Source: Corynebacterium sp. | GTDB lineage: Bacteria; Actinomycetota; Actinomycetes; Mycobacteriales; Mycobacteriaceae | Direction of reading: 5' to 3' | NCBI RefSeq assembly: GCF_012838985.1 | Contig: NZ_DUOE01000050.1 | Coordinates: 1-56,452, forward strand | DNA length: 56,452 bases | In this document: piece by piece, positions 39,117 through 48,529 of the stretch | How the letters are laid out: each line of letters starts with the position of its first letter | Numbering within the stretch: position 1 is the stretch's first letter | Made by a program: the position numbers and the translations under genes | Notes under the pieces: generated by a model | What the model was told of the DNA's origin: nothing | Databases searched by the model: none | Seen by the model: only the letters and a program-made list of their open reading frames with translations

Positions 39117-40079
39117 TCATCGCCGCCGCGGACGCCGAGCCGGGGTCCGGTGCCCGCCCGCCAGGCGGTCCAGCGTGCGGTCCCAGTCGGGGGAGGTGGG
39201 GGCGGTGACGTCGAGAAGTCCGCCGTCCGGCAGCGGGATACGCAGGGAGTGCGCGTGCAGGAACATCCGGCGGCCCCCGAGGCGGGTGATCTCTGCGGTG
39301 AAACGCGGGTCACCGTAGCGGGAGTCCCCGGCGATGGGGTGCCCCGCGTGGCTGGAGTGCACGCGGATCTGGTGCTTGCGGCCGGTGATCAGCTGCGCGC
39401 GGATGAGCGTGGCGCGCTGGCCGAAGCGACGCTGCACCTTCACCAGGGTGAGGGCGTCCTGACCGTCGGGGTGGACGGTGACGCCGGAGTCGGTGGTGAG
39501 CAGGGGGGCGTCGACACGCGGGAGCTGCCCGGGCCAGGACCCCCGGACGAGTGCGAGATAGTGACGCTCGACGTCACCCGCCCGCAGGGCCTCCTGCAGG
39601 TGACGCAGCATGGTCGGCCTCTTCGCCACCATGAGCAGACCGGACGTCTCCCGGTCGAGACGGTGTGCCAGTTCGAGCTCCTCCCCCGGGCGGAGCTCCC
39701 GCAGCGCCTCGATGACGCCGGCCTGCACACCCGTGCCGACGTGGACCGCCAGGTCGGCGGGCTTGTTCAGCACCAGCAGATCAGCCGACTCATGCACGAT
39801 CGCCCCCGCGACCGCCTTCTTCACCGGGCCCGGCACCGTCACCCTGTCCGGCGGGGGCAGATCCATCGCCGGCACCGAGATGACCTCACCGGCCGCGAGG
39901 CGGTGGTCCGGTCTGGCCCGACGACCATCGACCCGCACCGCACCCTTGCGCAGCAGACGGAAGATCAGGCCCGCCGGAACCCCCTTGAGACGGGAACGGA
40001 GGAACTTGTCCAGGCGACGCTCGGCGTGCTCCTCGGAGACGGTGATCTCGTGGGCGGGGGAGCGTCGATAAGCATTCAT
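39117..40079 (-). CDS. RluA-family pseudouridine synthase with S4 domain, RluC-like
   Basis: RLDKFL...LRKGAVRVDG S4 domain, NKP, HRLDRETSG catalytic Asp, TGRKHQIRVH, GDSRYG, MFLHA. Confidence 0.88.
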   Translation of the reverse strand: MNAYRRSPAHEITVSEEHAERRLDKFLRSRLKGVPAGLIFRLLRKGAVRVDGRRARPDHRLAAGEVISVPAMDLPPPDRVTVPGPVKKAVAGAIVHESADLLVLNKPADLAVHVGTGVQAGVIEALRELRPGEELELAHRLDRETSGLLMVAKRPTMLRHLQEALRAGDVERHYLALVRGSWPGQLPRVDAPLLTTDSGVTVHPDGQDALTLVKVQRRFGQRATLIRAQLITGRKHQIRVHSSHAGHPIAGDSRYGDPRFTAEITRLGGRRMFLHAHSLRIPLPDGGLLDVTAPTSPDWDRTLDRLAGGHRTPARRPRRR

Positions 40080-40160
40080 GTCGGCTACACCCTACCTTGC
40101 GCCTGGCGCAGGCATAGTGGCAGGCAACCCCGGGAACCGGAAAGTAAGGTGGTGCGGGCT

Positions 40161-41027
40161 ATGTGGATATCGTATGTGCTGGGCCAGGCGGTCAGCTTCT
40201 TCTTCACCCTCTTCCGGATGATCCCGCTCGCGTGGAACAACCGCTTCTCGAGGACCCGGTTCCCGCAGGAGGGCGACGTGGTCATCTCGCTGACCTCCCA
40301 CGGTGAGCGCCTCAACCGCGTGTACTACACACTCGAGTCGATTGTGCGCGGGCATACCCGGGCGCCGGTCGTGCTGTGGCTCGACAGGAAGGACTACGAA
40401 TCCGAGTGGCCGCGGTCCCTGCGCCGCCTCGTCGGCCGCGGACTCCAGGTGCGCTGCTCCGACGGGCTCTACGGCCCGCACACCAAATACTGGGGGCAGT
40501 TCCGTGAGGTCATCGGCACCGGCACCCGCGTCGCCACCATCGACGACGACATGATCTACCCCGAGTGGTTCCTCGAAAGGCTGCTGTTCATCGGGGACCT
40601 GCGCAACGACGTCGTCATCGCCTACCGCGCGCACCGCATCGAACTGCGCGACGAGAAACTGCTCCCGTACGTGAAGTGGAGCGCCGTCGACACCTGCCGC
40701 GCCAGCTTCCTCCACTTCGCCACCGGCGTCTCCGGGGTGCTGTACCCGGCGAGCTTCATCGACTACGTCGTCGAGCAGGGCGACGTCTTCCTGGAACTCA
40801 CCCCGCGTGCCGATGACGTCTGGCTCCACGCCTGCGCCCTGCGCTCCGGGCACCAGGTCCGGCAGGTCTACTCGCACCCGCGGAACTTCGCGGTGGTGCC
40901 GTCGACGCAGTCGGGTGCGCTGGTCATCGGCAATACGCTCATGGGCGGCAACGACGAGCAGATCAACCGCGTCTACACCGCCGAAGACGTGGCGAAACTG
41001 CTCGCGGCGAGCCGCTCGGAGGACTGA
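40161..41027 (+). CDS. Putative glycosyltransferase (GT-A fold)
   Basis: ISLTSH, GPHTKY, TIDDDMIYP DxD motif, TGVSGVLYP, ADDVWL. Confidence 0.75.
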   Translation: MWISYVLGQAVSFFFTLFRMIPLAWNNRFSRTRFPQEGDVVISLTSHGERLNRVYYTLESIVRGHTRAPVVLWLDRKDYESEWPRSLRRLVGRGLQVRCSDGLYGPHTKYWGQFREVIGTGTRVATIDDDMIYPEWFLERLLFIGDLRNDVVIAYRAHRIELRDEKLLPYVKWSAVDTCRASFLHFATGVSGVLYPASFIDYVVEQGDVFLELTPRADDVWLHACALRSGHQVRQVYSHPRNFAVVPSTQSGALVIGNTLMGGNDEQINRVYTAEDVAKLLAASRSED

Positions 41028-41039
41028 GGCGGCAACAGG

Positions 41040-41121
41040 CGTGCAACTCCGGCCGGGTGCGCGGAGAACGAGGAGTCCCTGACCTGGGCTTTCAGGAATC
41101 GCCGGAGCGGAGAGTTGCACG
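41040..41121. repeat. 82-bp intergenic element with 10-bp terminal inverted repeats
   Basis: CGTGCAACTC ... GAGTTGCACG between convergent genes. Confidence 0.45.
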
Positions 41122-41146
41122 GTTGTTCGCGGCGCCTCCGCCGGCC

Positions 41147-42295
41147 TCAGCCCGCCGTGCCGAACAGACGCCCCACGCTCCGGCGGTCCACCTTCCCCGG
41201 CCCCGTGAGCGGGAACTCGGCCACGCGCCGGAGGTCCTTCGGCAGCTGCCAGCGGGGGAGATGGTCGAGCCCCTCGATGACCTCGCCCGGGGTGGCGGGA
41301 CCGGTGTATGCGGCGACGATGGCCTGGCCCAGCCGCGGGTCCGGGATGCCGACCACGCAGGCGCCGGTGACCCCGGGCACGGCGAGGAGGGCCTGCTCGA
41401 GGACCTCCGGCTGGAGTTTGAGACCCCCTGAATCGATGATCGCATCGAGGCGGCCGGTGACCGTGAGTCGCCCGTCCTCGATGCGACCCGCATCCGAGGT
41501 GGCGAACCAGCCGGGTTCCGCGAAGGCCTCGTGCTCCGGGTCGTTACGGTAGCCCTGCGCGATCATCGGGCCGCCCAGGTGGATGCGGCCGGGGTCGGTG
41601 CGGTCGACACGCACCCGCGCGCCGGGCAGGGGACGGCCGTCATAGACGCAGCCGCCGGCGGTCTCGGAGGACCCGTAGGTGGTGACCACCGTGATCTGCA
41701 TGTCCTCCGCCGCCTGCGCGAGCTGCGGGTTGAGGGCGGCGCCGCCGACGAGGACGGCGTCGAAGAGGCGGAGGGCCTCGATGCCCTGGAGGGTGTCCAT
41801 GAGCTTGGCCAGCTGCATCGGGGTGAGCGCGGTGTAGCAGCGGTCGCCGGTGGCGTGGAGTTCCCCGGCGGCGGAGGCGAAGTCGGCGGTGTGGAAGCCG
41901 GTGGCCAGATCCAGGGTGAGGGGGTCGACGCCCGCGATGAGCGAGCGGATGAGCACCTGCAGGCCGGCGATGTGGTGCGCGGGCATGGCCAGCAGCCACT
42001 GCCCCTCGCCGCCGAGCCGCCGGTGGGTGGCGTCCGCGCTGGAGACCAGGTTGGCCGGGGTGAGCAGGGCGCCCTTCGGGATGCCGGTCGAACCGGAGGT
42101 GGCCACCACCAGGGCGATGCCCGGGGAGATGGGCTGCCCGGCGCGCTGGGAGTCCCGGAGCAGGGTAGCCCGGGCCGCGTCGTCGCCGGGGACCGGCAGG
42201 AGGGTGCGCTGTCCGGCGATCGCCTCCTCCAGCACCGGCAGGATGGCGACGGGGTCGCGCGGGTCGACGACGAGGGGTTCCAGGAGGCGGGTCAC
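41147..42295 (-). CDS. menE: o-succinylbenzoate--CoA ligase
   Basis: TSGSTGIPKG, TYGSSETAGGCVYDG, SGGLK; lies in the men cluster. Confidence 0.92.
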   Translation of the reverse strand: MTRLLEPLVVDPRDPVAILPVLEEAIAGQRTLLPVPGDDAARATLLRDSQRAGQPISPGIALVVATSGSTGIPKGALLTPANLVSSADATHRRLGGEGQWLLAMPAHHIAGLQVLIRSLIAGVDPLTLDLATGFHTADFASAAGELHATGDRCYTALTPMQLAKLMDTLQGIEALRLFDAVLVGGAALNPQLAQAAEDMQITVVTTYGSSETAGGCVYDGRPLPGARVRVDRTDPGRIHLGGPMIAQGYRNDPEHEAFAEPGWFATSDAGRIEDGRLTVTGRLDAIIDSGGLKLQPEVLEQALLAVPGVTGACVVGIPDPRLGQAIVAAYTGPATPGEVIEGLDHLPRWQLPKDLRRVAEFPLTGPGKVDRRSVGRLFGTAG

Positions 42296-42332
42296 GGGGG
42301 TTGATCCTAGCCTGGCGCCGGGTGCTTCCCGG

Positions 42333-42944
42333 TCAGAGCGAGCCGCGGATCTCCTTCATCTCGGCGATCTCGGCCCGCTGGGTCCTGACGATCCGCTCGG
42401 AGAGCGTCCGGGCCTCCTCGTTCTGGCCGTTGTCCAGGTGCCTGCGTGCCATGCTGACCGCTCCCTCGTGGTGGTCGATCATGTGGTCGAGGAAGAGTTC
42501 CTGGGCTTCGGGGGTGTCGGCGTCCCGGATCTCGGTGAGCTGTCCGGGGTCGAGCATGCCGTCCATGTCGGAGTGGTCCATGTCGGTGGCCTCCGGTGGC
42601 GGGGCGTGCCAGCCGTCGAGCCAGGCCCGCATCTGCCGGGATTCCTGTACCTGGGTGTCGCGGATACGTTCCGCGAGTTCCTCGACGCGCGGGTCGAGGC
42701 CCTCCTTGGCCAGGATGATCCCGGAGAGTTCCACGCCCTGCTCGTGGTGGGGGATCATCCTCTGGACGAACTCGATGTCGTCCTCGTTGTTGTTCGCGGG
42801 ATGCTCGACGGGGTCGCGTGTCTCGGGGGCGCTTGCGCCCGGGTCGACGGCGGTGCTGGTGCCGTCGCCGTCGTCGGGGCCGGAGCAGGCGGCCAGGGTG
42901 AGTGAGGCGGCGAGGGCGGCGAGGCCGAGGCGGATCTTCTTCAC
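42333..42944 (-). CDS. DUF305 (CopM-like) lipoprotein
   Basis: Lipobox LAAC; twin MIPHHEQG and MIDHHEGA motifs; AAGGAG SD before GTG 42944. Confidence 0.85.
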   Translation of the reverse strand: MKKIRLGLAALAASLTLAACSGPDDGDGTSTAVDPGASAPETRDPVEHPANNNEDDIEFVQRMIPHHEQGVELSGIILAKEGLDPRVEELAERIRDTQVQESRQMRAWLDGWHAPPPEATDMDHSDMDGMLDPGQLTEIRDADTPEAQELFLDHMIDHHEGAVSMARRHLDNGQNEEARTLSERIVRTQRAEIAEMKEIRGSL

Positions 42945-43047
42945 GGGGTTCTCCTTAGCTTCACGCAGTGTTGTGACCCACGCTACATATCGCCGCGTGT
43001 GCATGTGCTGTGCTGGGGGCACAGGGCCCTCAGCGACCTCAGCGCCC

Positions 43048-43575
43048 TCAGCGGACGATCAGGTCGGCGCGCTCCCACGGCCGGTGGTGCTCCAGGAAGG
43101 GGATCTCCTCGGCCATCCACTCGTCCCAGAACTTCTCCGCCTCTTCCCGGGAGCCGTTGACACCGCTGGCCACGTCCCGCGCCAGGCCCCGCTCGCGGGC
43201 GACGTCGAGGTCGACGTCCACCCAGATGAGCGCGTCGACGTAGGGGGCGGCCTCGAGGCGGCCCGCCCCGGTTCCCTCGACGATGAGCAGCTCCGTGTCG
43301 GCCGGGACCTCGATCGAGCCCTCCCTCCCCATGCGGACCCAGCCCGGTGGCCGGTAGGAGACGGGGTGGCCGGCGCGGTAGGGGAGGAGGACGGCGTCGA
43401 CAAGCAGGGGCGCCCAGTCGAAGAAGGAGTGGTGCCACGCGAGATCATCGGTGGCCACCACGCACGCCGCGTCGTGCCCGGCGGCGAGACGCCGGGCCAG
43501 CGTGGTCTTGCCGCTGGCGCCGTGGCCGTCGATCGCCAGCACGGCGCGGGGCGGGAGGTCGAGCCGGGAGAGCAT
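43048..43575 (-). CDS. Uridine-kinase-like P-loop NTPase (175 aa)
   Basis: AIDGHGASGKTT Walker A, TDD, IVEG; TGATG overlap with menB. Confidence 0.8.
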   Translation of the reverse strand: MLSRLDLPPRAVLAIDGHGASGKTTLARRLAAGHDAACVVATDDLAWHHSFFDWAPLLVDAVLLPYRAGHPVSYRPPGWVRMGREGSIEVPADTELLIVEGTGAGRLEAAPYVDALIWVDVDLDVARERGLARDVASGVNGSREEAEKFWDEWMAEEIPFLEHHRPWERADLIVR

Positions 43576-44537
43576 CAGTAGTAGAAGGGGTACTGGTCCC
43601 ACTCGGGGTCGCGCTTCTGCAGGAAGGCGTCGCGGCCCTCGACGGCCTCGTCGGTCATGTAGGCCAGACGGGTGGCCTCGCCGGCGAAGACCTGCTGGCC
43701 CATGAGTCCGTCGTCGGTCAGGTTGAACGCGAACTTGAGCATGCGCTGCGCGGTGGGGGACTTGCCGTTGATCTCGCGGGCGACCTGGATGGCCTCCTCC
43801 TCCAGGGCGCCGTGGTCGGCGACGATGTTGACGGCACCCATGCGCTGCATGTCCTCGGCGGAGTAGGAACGGCCGAGGAAGAAGATCTCGCGGGCGAACT
43901 TCTGGCCGACCTGCTTGGCCAGGTAGGCGGAGCCGTAGCCGGCGTCGAAGGAGCCGACGTCGGCGTCGGTCTGCTTGAAGCGGGCCTCCTGGCGGGAGGC
44001 GATGGTCAGGTCGCAGATGACGTGGAGGGAGTGTCCGCCGCCGGCGGCCCAGCCGTTGACGACGGCGATGACGACCTTCGGCATGGTGCGGATGAGACGC
44101 TGCACCTCGAGGATGTGGAGGCGGCCGCCCTCCACCCTGGTGCGGGCCTCGTCGACGGTGGAGACGTCCGCCGCGGCGTCGTCGGAGTCGTGTTCGCGGG
44201 CGTACTGGTAGCCGGAGCGGCCGCGGATGCGCTGGTCGCCGCCGGAGCAGAACGCCCAGCCGCCGTCCTTCTCCGAGGGGCCGTTGCCGGTGATGAGGAT
44301 GACTCCGACGTCCGGGGTCCGGCGCGCGTGGTCGAGTGTGCGGTAGAGCTCGTCGACGGTGTGCGGGCGGAAGGCGTTGCGCACCTCGGGGCGGTCGAAG
44401 GCGATGCGGACGATGCCGTCCCGGCGCTCCGTGCCCACGTGGCGGTGGTAGGTGATGTCGGTGAGGTTCTCGAAGCCCTCGACCGCCTTCCACTGGGAGG
44501 CGGCGAAGGGATTGTCTGTGCTGTAGCTGCGGGTCAT
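43575..44537 (-). CDS. menB: 1,4-dihydroxy-2-naphthoyl-CoA synthase
   Basis: RPEVRNAFRPHT, FCSGGDQ, GGGHSLHVICD, GSFDAGYG. Confidence 0.97.
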   Translation of the reverse strand: MTRSYSTDNPFAASQWKAVEGFENLTDITYHRHVGTERRDGIVRIAFDRPEVRNAFRPHTVDELYRTLDHARRTPDVGVILITGNGPSEKDGGWAFCSGGDQRIRGRSGYQYAREHDSDDAAADVSTVDEARTRVEGGRLHILEVQRLIRTMPKVVIAVVNGWAAGGGHSLHVICDLTIASRQEARFKQTDADVGSFDAGYGSAYLAKQVGQKFAREIFFLGRSYSAEDMQRMGAVNIVADHGALEEEAIQVAREINGKSPTAQRMLKFAFNLTDDGLMGQQVFAGEATRLAYMTDEAVEGRDAFLQKRDPEWDQYPFYY

Positions 44538-44542
44538 GCCCT

Positions 44543-44845
44543 TCAGCTTAGGTTGAGCCCCCGGGCGTGGTCGTTGATCACCCGGGCGAGGCGCACGTCG
44601 CGGACGGTGAGCCCGCCGACGTCATGGGAGGACAGGGCGACGTCGACCTGCCCGTAGGTGAGGGTGATGTCGGGGTGGTGGTCGGCCTCCTCGGCGGAGG
44701 CGCCGATGAGGTTGACCAGGCGCAGGCCGGTGGCGAAGTCCCCGGTGTCGAAAGAGGCCTCGATGTGTCCGCCCCTGTTCTTCCAGCCGGTCAGGTCTGC
44801 GTCGGCGATCTCGGCGGCGCTCAGGATCTTCTTCGTGTCTGTCAT
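44543..44845 (-). CDS. Pterin-4a-carbinolamine dehydratase family
   Basis: EEADHHPDI, SSHDVGGLT. Confidence 0.88.
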   Translation of the reverse strand: MTDTKKILSAAEIADADLTGWKNRGGHIEASFDTGDFATGLRLVNLIGASAEEADHHPDITLTYGQVDVALSSHDVGGLTVRDVRLARVINDHARGLNLS

Positions 44846-44916
44846 GGGAACCATTGTCCGGGAGAATCGGCTCCCGCGCCATGATGTGCACGGGCTGTCC
44901 GCCTACTGTGGAGTCC

Positions 44917-45915
44917 ATGCACATCGATGAGATCCTGGACCGTTCCCATGTTGTCGCGCTGCCGATGGCGGTGCGGTTCCGCGGTGTCGACACGCGGGAG
45001 GCGCTGCTCATCGACGGTCCCGCGGGGTGGGGCGAGTTCGCCCCCTTCCTCGAGTACGACGCGCGCGAGTCCGCGGCGTGGTTGCGCGCGGGGCTGGAGG
45101 CGGCGTTCACGGGTTTCCCCGCCCCCCGACGCTCCGTCGTCGAGGTCAACGCCACCGTCCCGGCGGTGGCCCCCGGGGAGGTCGAATCGGTGCTGGCCCG
45201 CTACCCGGGGTGCCGGGTGGTCAAGGTGAAGGTCGCCGAGGCGGGGCAGACACTCGCCGATGACGTCGCGCGTGTGCAGGCGGTGCGCGCGGTGCTGCCG
45301 CAGGCGGTGGTGCGTGTCGACGCCAACCGGGGCTGGACCGTCCCCGAGGCCCTCGAGGCCGCCCGTGTCCTCGGCCCGCTCGACTACATGGAGCAGCCCT
45401 GCCACTCGGTGGAGGAGCTGGCGCAGCTGCGTGGCGAGCTCATGCGCGCCGGGCTGTTCGTCCGCGTCGCCGCCGACGAGTCCATCCGCCGGGAGGAGGA
45501 CCCCTACCGGGTGGCCGAGCTGCGCGCGGCGGACGTCGCCGTGGTCAAGGTCGCCCCGCTGGGTGGGGTGCAGCCGGTCCTCGACCTCACGGAGCACCTG
45601 CGTGCCCGGCACATGGACGTCACGGTCGCCTCGGCCCTGGACACGGCCGTCGGCATGAACGCCGGGCTGGCCGCGGTCGCCGCCCTGCCGGTCCTCGAGG
45701 ACGACGACGGTCTCGACGTCCCGCCCGCCGCCGCGGGCCTGGCCACCGGGTCACTGTTCGTCGAGGACGTCGCCGCGCCGCGGGAGATCGTCGACGGCCA
45801 CATGTCCGTGGAACCTGTCGTCCCTGACCCCGCCCGCCTGGCCGCCTTGGAGGCACCTGCCGATCGGCGTGACTGGTGGTTCGCCCGGGTCCGCGAAGCG
45901 TACCGGTACGTGTAG
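44917..45915 (+). CDS. menC: o-succinylbenzoate synthase
   Basis: GWGEFAPF, KVKVAE, RVDAN, EQP, AADES, KVAPLGG. Confidence 0.93.
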   Translation: MHIDEILDRSHVVALPMAVRFRGVDTREALLIDGPAGWGEFAPFLEYDARESAAWLRAGLEAAFTGFPAPRRSVVEVNATVPAVAPGEVESVLARYPGCRVVKVKVAEAGQTLADDVARVQAVRAVLPQAVVRVDANRGWTVPEALEAARVLGPLDYMEQPCHSVEELAQLRGELMRAGLFVRVAADESIRREEDPYRVAELRAADVAVVKVAPLGGVQPVLDLTEHLRARHMDVTVASALDTAVGMNAGLAAVAALPVLEDDDGLDVPPAAAGLATGSLFVEDVAAPREIVDGHMSVEPVVPDPARLAALEAPADRRDWWFARVREAYRYV

Positions 45916-45925
45916 TTTGAGCCTC

Positions 45926-46357
45926 ATGAGCGACCCCTGGAATGACGACACCCGCCACCTCGGCCCCACCGGTGCGGGCGGGGAGCCGCCCCGTCAGTAC
46001 TTCCCGTCCGAGCAGGAGCAGCAGCAGTACCAGCAGCCCGACTACCAGCAGTACATGGTTCCGGAGCCGCAGAAGCCGGCCTCGGGAGGCGGCGGTGCCC
46101 TGCCCATCGTCCTGGGTGCCCTCTTCGGCCTCACGCTGCTCGCGGCCGGCCTGTTCTTCTTCCTGTGGCGCAACGCCGCGGCGGAGCTGGCGAAGCCGGT
46201 GCCGCCGGTGACGGTGACGCAGACGACGTCGGTGACCGTGACGGAGACGACCACCGCGCTGCCGTCCCTGCCCACCCAGCTGCCCACCGAACTGCCCACC
46301 GAACTGCCGGAGATCGACATCGAGGGCTGGTTCAACGACCTGCTCGGCACGCGGTAG
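45926..46357 (+). CDS. Hypothetical single-TM protein with Gln- and Pro/Thr-rich segments
   Basis: One TM helix, [12 protein letters not shown] 12-bp repeats; TAGTTT 7 nt before the ATG. Confidence 0.7.
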   Translation: MSDPWNDDTRHLGPTGAGGEPPRQYFPSEQEQQQYQQPDYQQYMVPEPQKPASGGGGALPIVLGALFGLTLLAAGLFFFLWRNAAAELAKPVPPVTVTQTTSVTVTETTTALPSLPTQLPTELPTELPEIDIEGWFNDLLGTR

Positions 46358-46413
46358 CCACCGGGTGGTCACCGCAGGTCGGCCCGCCGGGCCCGCTCAG
46401 TAGACTCAGGCAC

Positions 46414-48042
46414 ATGGTCAACCAGGTCAACCAGAACGCACAGCCGGACTCCGTGGAGCTGGCGCAGGTCGTCGTCGAGCAGCTCTCCCGCCACGTCAGT
46501 GATGTGGTGGTGTGCCCCGGGTCGCGGAACTCCCCGTTGAGCCTGGCACTGCTCGCGCGGCAGGACATCAGGGTGCACGTGCGTCACGACGAGCGCTCCG
46601 CCGCCTTCCTCGCCCTCGGCATCGCGCGGGTGCAGAAGCGCCACGTGGCCGTCGTCATGACCTCCGGCACCGCCGTGGCCAACTGCCTGCCCGCGATGGT
46701 GGAGGCGTACTACTCCCACGTCCCGCTCGCGGTGGTCAGCGCCGACCGGCCGCGCCGCATGCAGGACACCGGGGCCAGCCAGACGATCGACCAGGTCGGC
46801 ATCTTCGGCCGTTACGCCCCGACCACGGAGATCTCCGCGCGGAGCCACGTCCCCGAGCTGGCGGAGGCGTTCACGACGCAGCTGCAGGTGCACGTCAACG
46901 TGGAGCTGGACGCGCCGCTCGTCGGTGCGCAGCTGCCGGAGACCCCCGCCAACCGGACCCTGGGCCGCGCGCCGGGTCCCCGCCCGCACGACCACGGCGA
47001 GGTCGCCGTCGACCTGAGCCGGGACACCCTGGTCATCGCCGGCGACGAGGCCTGGGCCGTCGAGGGCCTGGAGGACGTGCCCACCATCGCCGAGCCGACG
47101 GCCCCCGCCCCCTACCGCCCGGTGCACCCCCTGGCGGCGGGTATCTTCCGCAAGCCGCAGATCAGCGCCGACGACTACGTGGTGGAGACGAAGCCGGAGC
47201 AGGTCATCATCGTCGGGCACCCGACGCTGCACCGTGACGTGCTGGGGCTCATCAACGACCCGGACATCGAGCTCATCACCCTGTCCCGCACCGCCGACTT
47301 CACCGACCCGCGGCCGGACTCGCGTCGCGGCACCCGCGTGCGCACGAGCGGTGAGCCGACGAAGCAGTGGCTGAAGATCTGCGACGCCGCCTCGGACCTG
47401 GCGGCCGACACCGTCCGTCTGGTCATCGCCGACCCGAACCACGGTTTCACCGGCCTGCACGTGGCGGCGGCCGTCTCCGACACGCTCGGCACCGGTGACA
47501 CGCTGGTGCTCGGAGCCTCGAATCCGGTGCGTGACGCCAGCTTCGTCGGCCTGCCCTACGACGGCGTCGACACGTATTCGCCGCGGGGGGCCGCCGGCAT
47601 CGACGGCACCGTCTCCCAGGCGGTCGGCATCGCCCTGGCCACCCAGTCCGCGCACCCCGATGAGCCGCGTGCCCCGCGCACCGTCGCTCTCATCGGTGAC
47701 GTCACCTTCCTCCACGACGTCGGCGGTCTGCTCATCGGCCCCGCCGACGCGCACCCGGAGAACCTCACGATCGTGGTCGCCAACGACGACGGCGGCGGCA
47801 TCTTCGAGACCCTCGAGATCGGCGCCCCCGAACTCCGCGCCTCCTTCGAGCGGGTCTTCGGCACGCCGCACGGGGTGTCGCTCAGTGATCTGTGCGCGGG
47901 CTTCGGCGTCCAGTACCAGGAGGTCACGGGGCTGCACGAGCTTCTCGACGTCCTCAGCGAGCCCCACGACGGCTTCACCGTCATCGAGGCACGCACCACC
48001 CGGGCCACGCGCCGGGCGATGCACGAGGCGCTCAAGAAGTGA
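46414..48042 (+). CDS. menD: SEPHCHC synthase
   Basis: [49 protein letters not shown]. Confidence 0.96.
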   Translation: MVNQVNQNAQPDSVELAQVVVEQLSRHVSDVVVCPGSRNSPLSLALLARQDIRVHVRHDERSAAFLALGIARVQKRHVAVVMTSGTAVANCLPAMVEAYYSHVPLAVVSADRPRRMQDTGASQTIDQVGIFGRYAPTTEISARSHVPELAEAFTTQLQVHVNVELDAPLVGAQLPETPANRTLGRAPGPRPHDHGEVAVDLSRDTLVIAGDEAWAVEGLEDVPTIAEPTAPAPYRPVHPLAAGIFRKPQISADDYVVETKPEQVIIVGHPTLHRDVLGLINDPDIELITLSRTADFTDPRPDSRRGTRVRTSGEPTKQWLKICDAASDLAADTVRLVIADPNHGFTGLHVAAAVSDTLGTGDTLVLGASNPVRDASFVGLPYDGVDTYSPRGAAGIDGTVSQAVGIALATQSAHPDEPRAPRTVALIGDVTFLHDVGGLLIGPADAHPENLTIVVANDDGGGIFETLEIGAPELRASFERVFGTPHGVSLSDLCAGFGVQYQEVTGLHELLDVLSEPHDGFTVIEARTTRATRRAMHEALKK

Positions 48043-48488
48043 GGGCGGGCATCGGGCGGCGCGGCCGGCAGCTGGTGCTGCTGCTGTGGGCCGCGGTGAT
48101 GCTCGGGGCGGTGGCGCTGGTCGTGGGGCCCCTCCTCAACGACCGGGCCATCAACGAGGACCCGGGGCGGGCGCTGGCGACCGTCACCGGCGTGAGCCGG
48201 GTGCGCACCACCGTCGACTTCCGCGATGAGCAGGGCATCTACCATGCGCCGTCGACCGGGCTGCTGTATCCCACGGGTCTCGGTGAGGGGCAGCGCGTGT
48301 GGGTGACCTACGCGAAGGACAACCCGGACCTGGTCAAGGTGGAGGGCCGTGAGTGGACCCTGTCCATCATCCCGTCCTTAAGTGTCGCTCTAGTGACAAC
48401 GGTTATCGCTGCCGTATTGTGGTGGGCAATCGGTCGCGTCACCAGGCCGCGGCCCAGTTCACCCGAAGTTCGCCCGACGTTGACCTGA
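48039..48488 (+). CDS. DUF3592-like membrane protein
   Basis: GTGA overlap with menD; TM-soluble domain-TM layout; LLYPTGL motif. Confidence 0.75.
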   Translation: MRAGIGRRGRQLVLLLWAAVMLGAVALVVGPLLNDRAINEDPGRALATVTGVSRVRTTVDFRDEQGIYHAPSTGLLYPTGLGEGQRVWVTYAKDNPDLVKVEGREWTLSIIPSLSVALVTTVIAAVLWWAIGRVTRPRPSSPEVRPTLT

Positions 48489-48529
48489 AGCTCAGGCCGG
48501 CGTCGTCCAGGTAGGAGAACATGACGTCC

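Noticed and set aside
39036-41027. 663-aa ORF
   Set aside because: The N-terminal part is antisense to the pseudouridine synthase; the real gene starts near 40161.
43048-44493. 481-aa ORF suggesting a long kinase or a menB frameshift fusion
   Set aside because: The upstream part is an alternate frame of menB. The kinase fold starts at ATG 43575 with an ordinary TGATG coupling.
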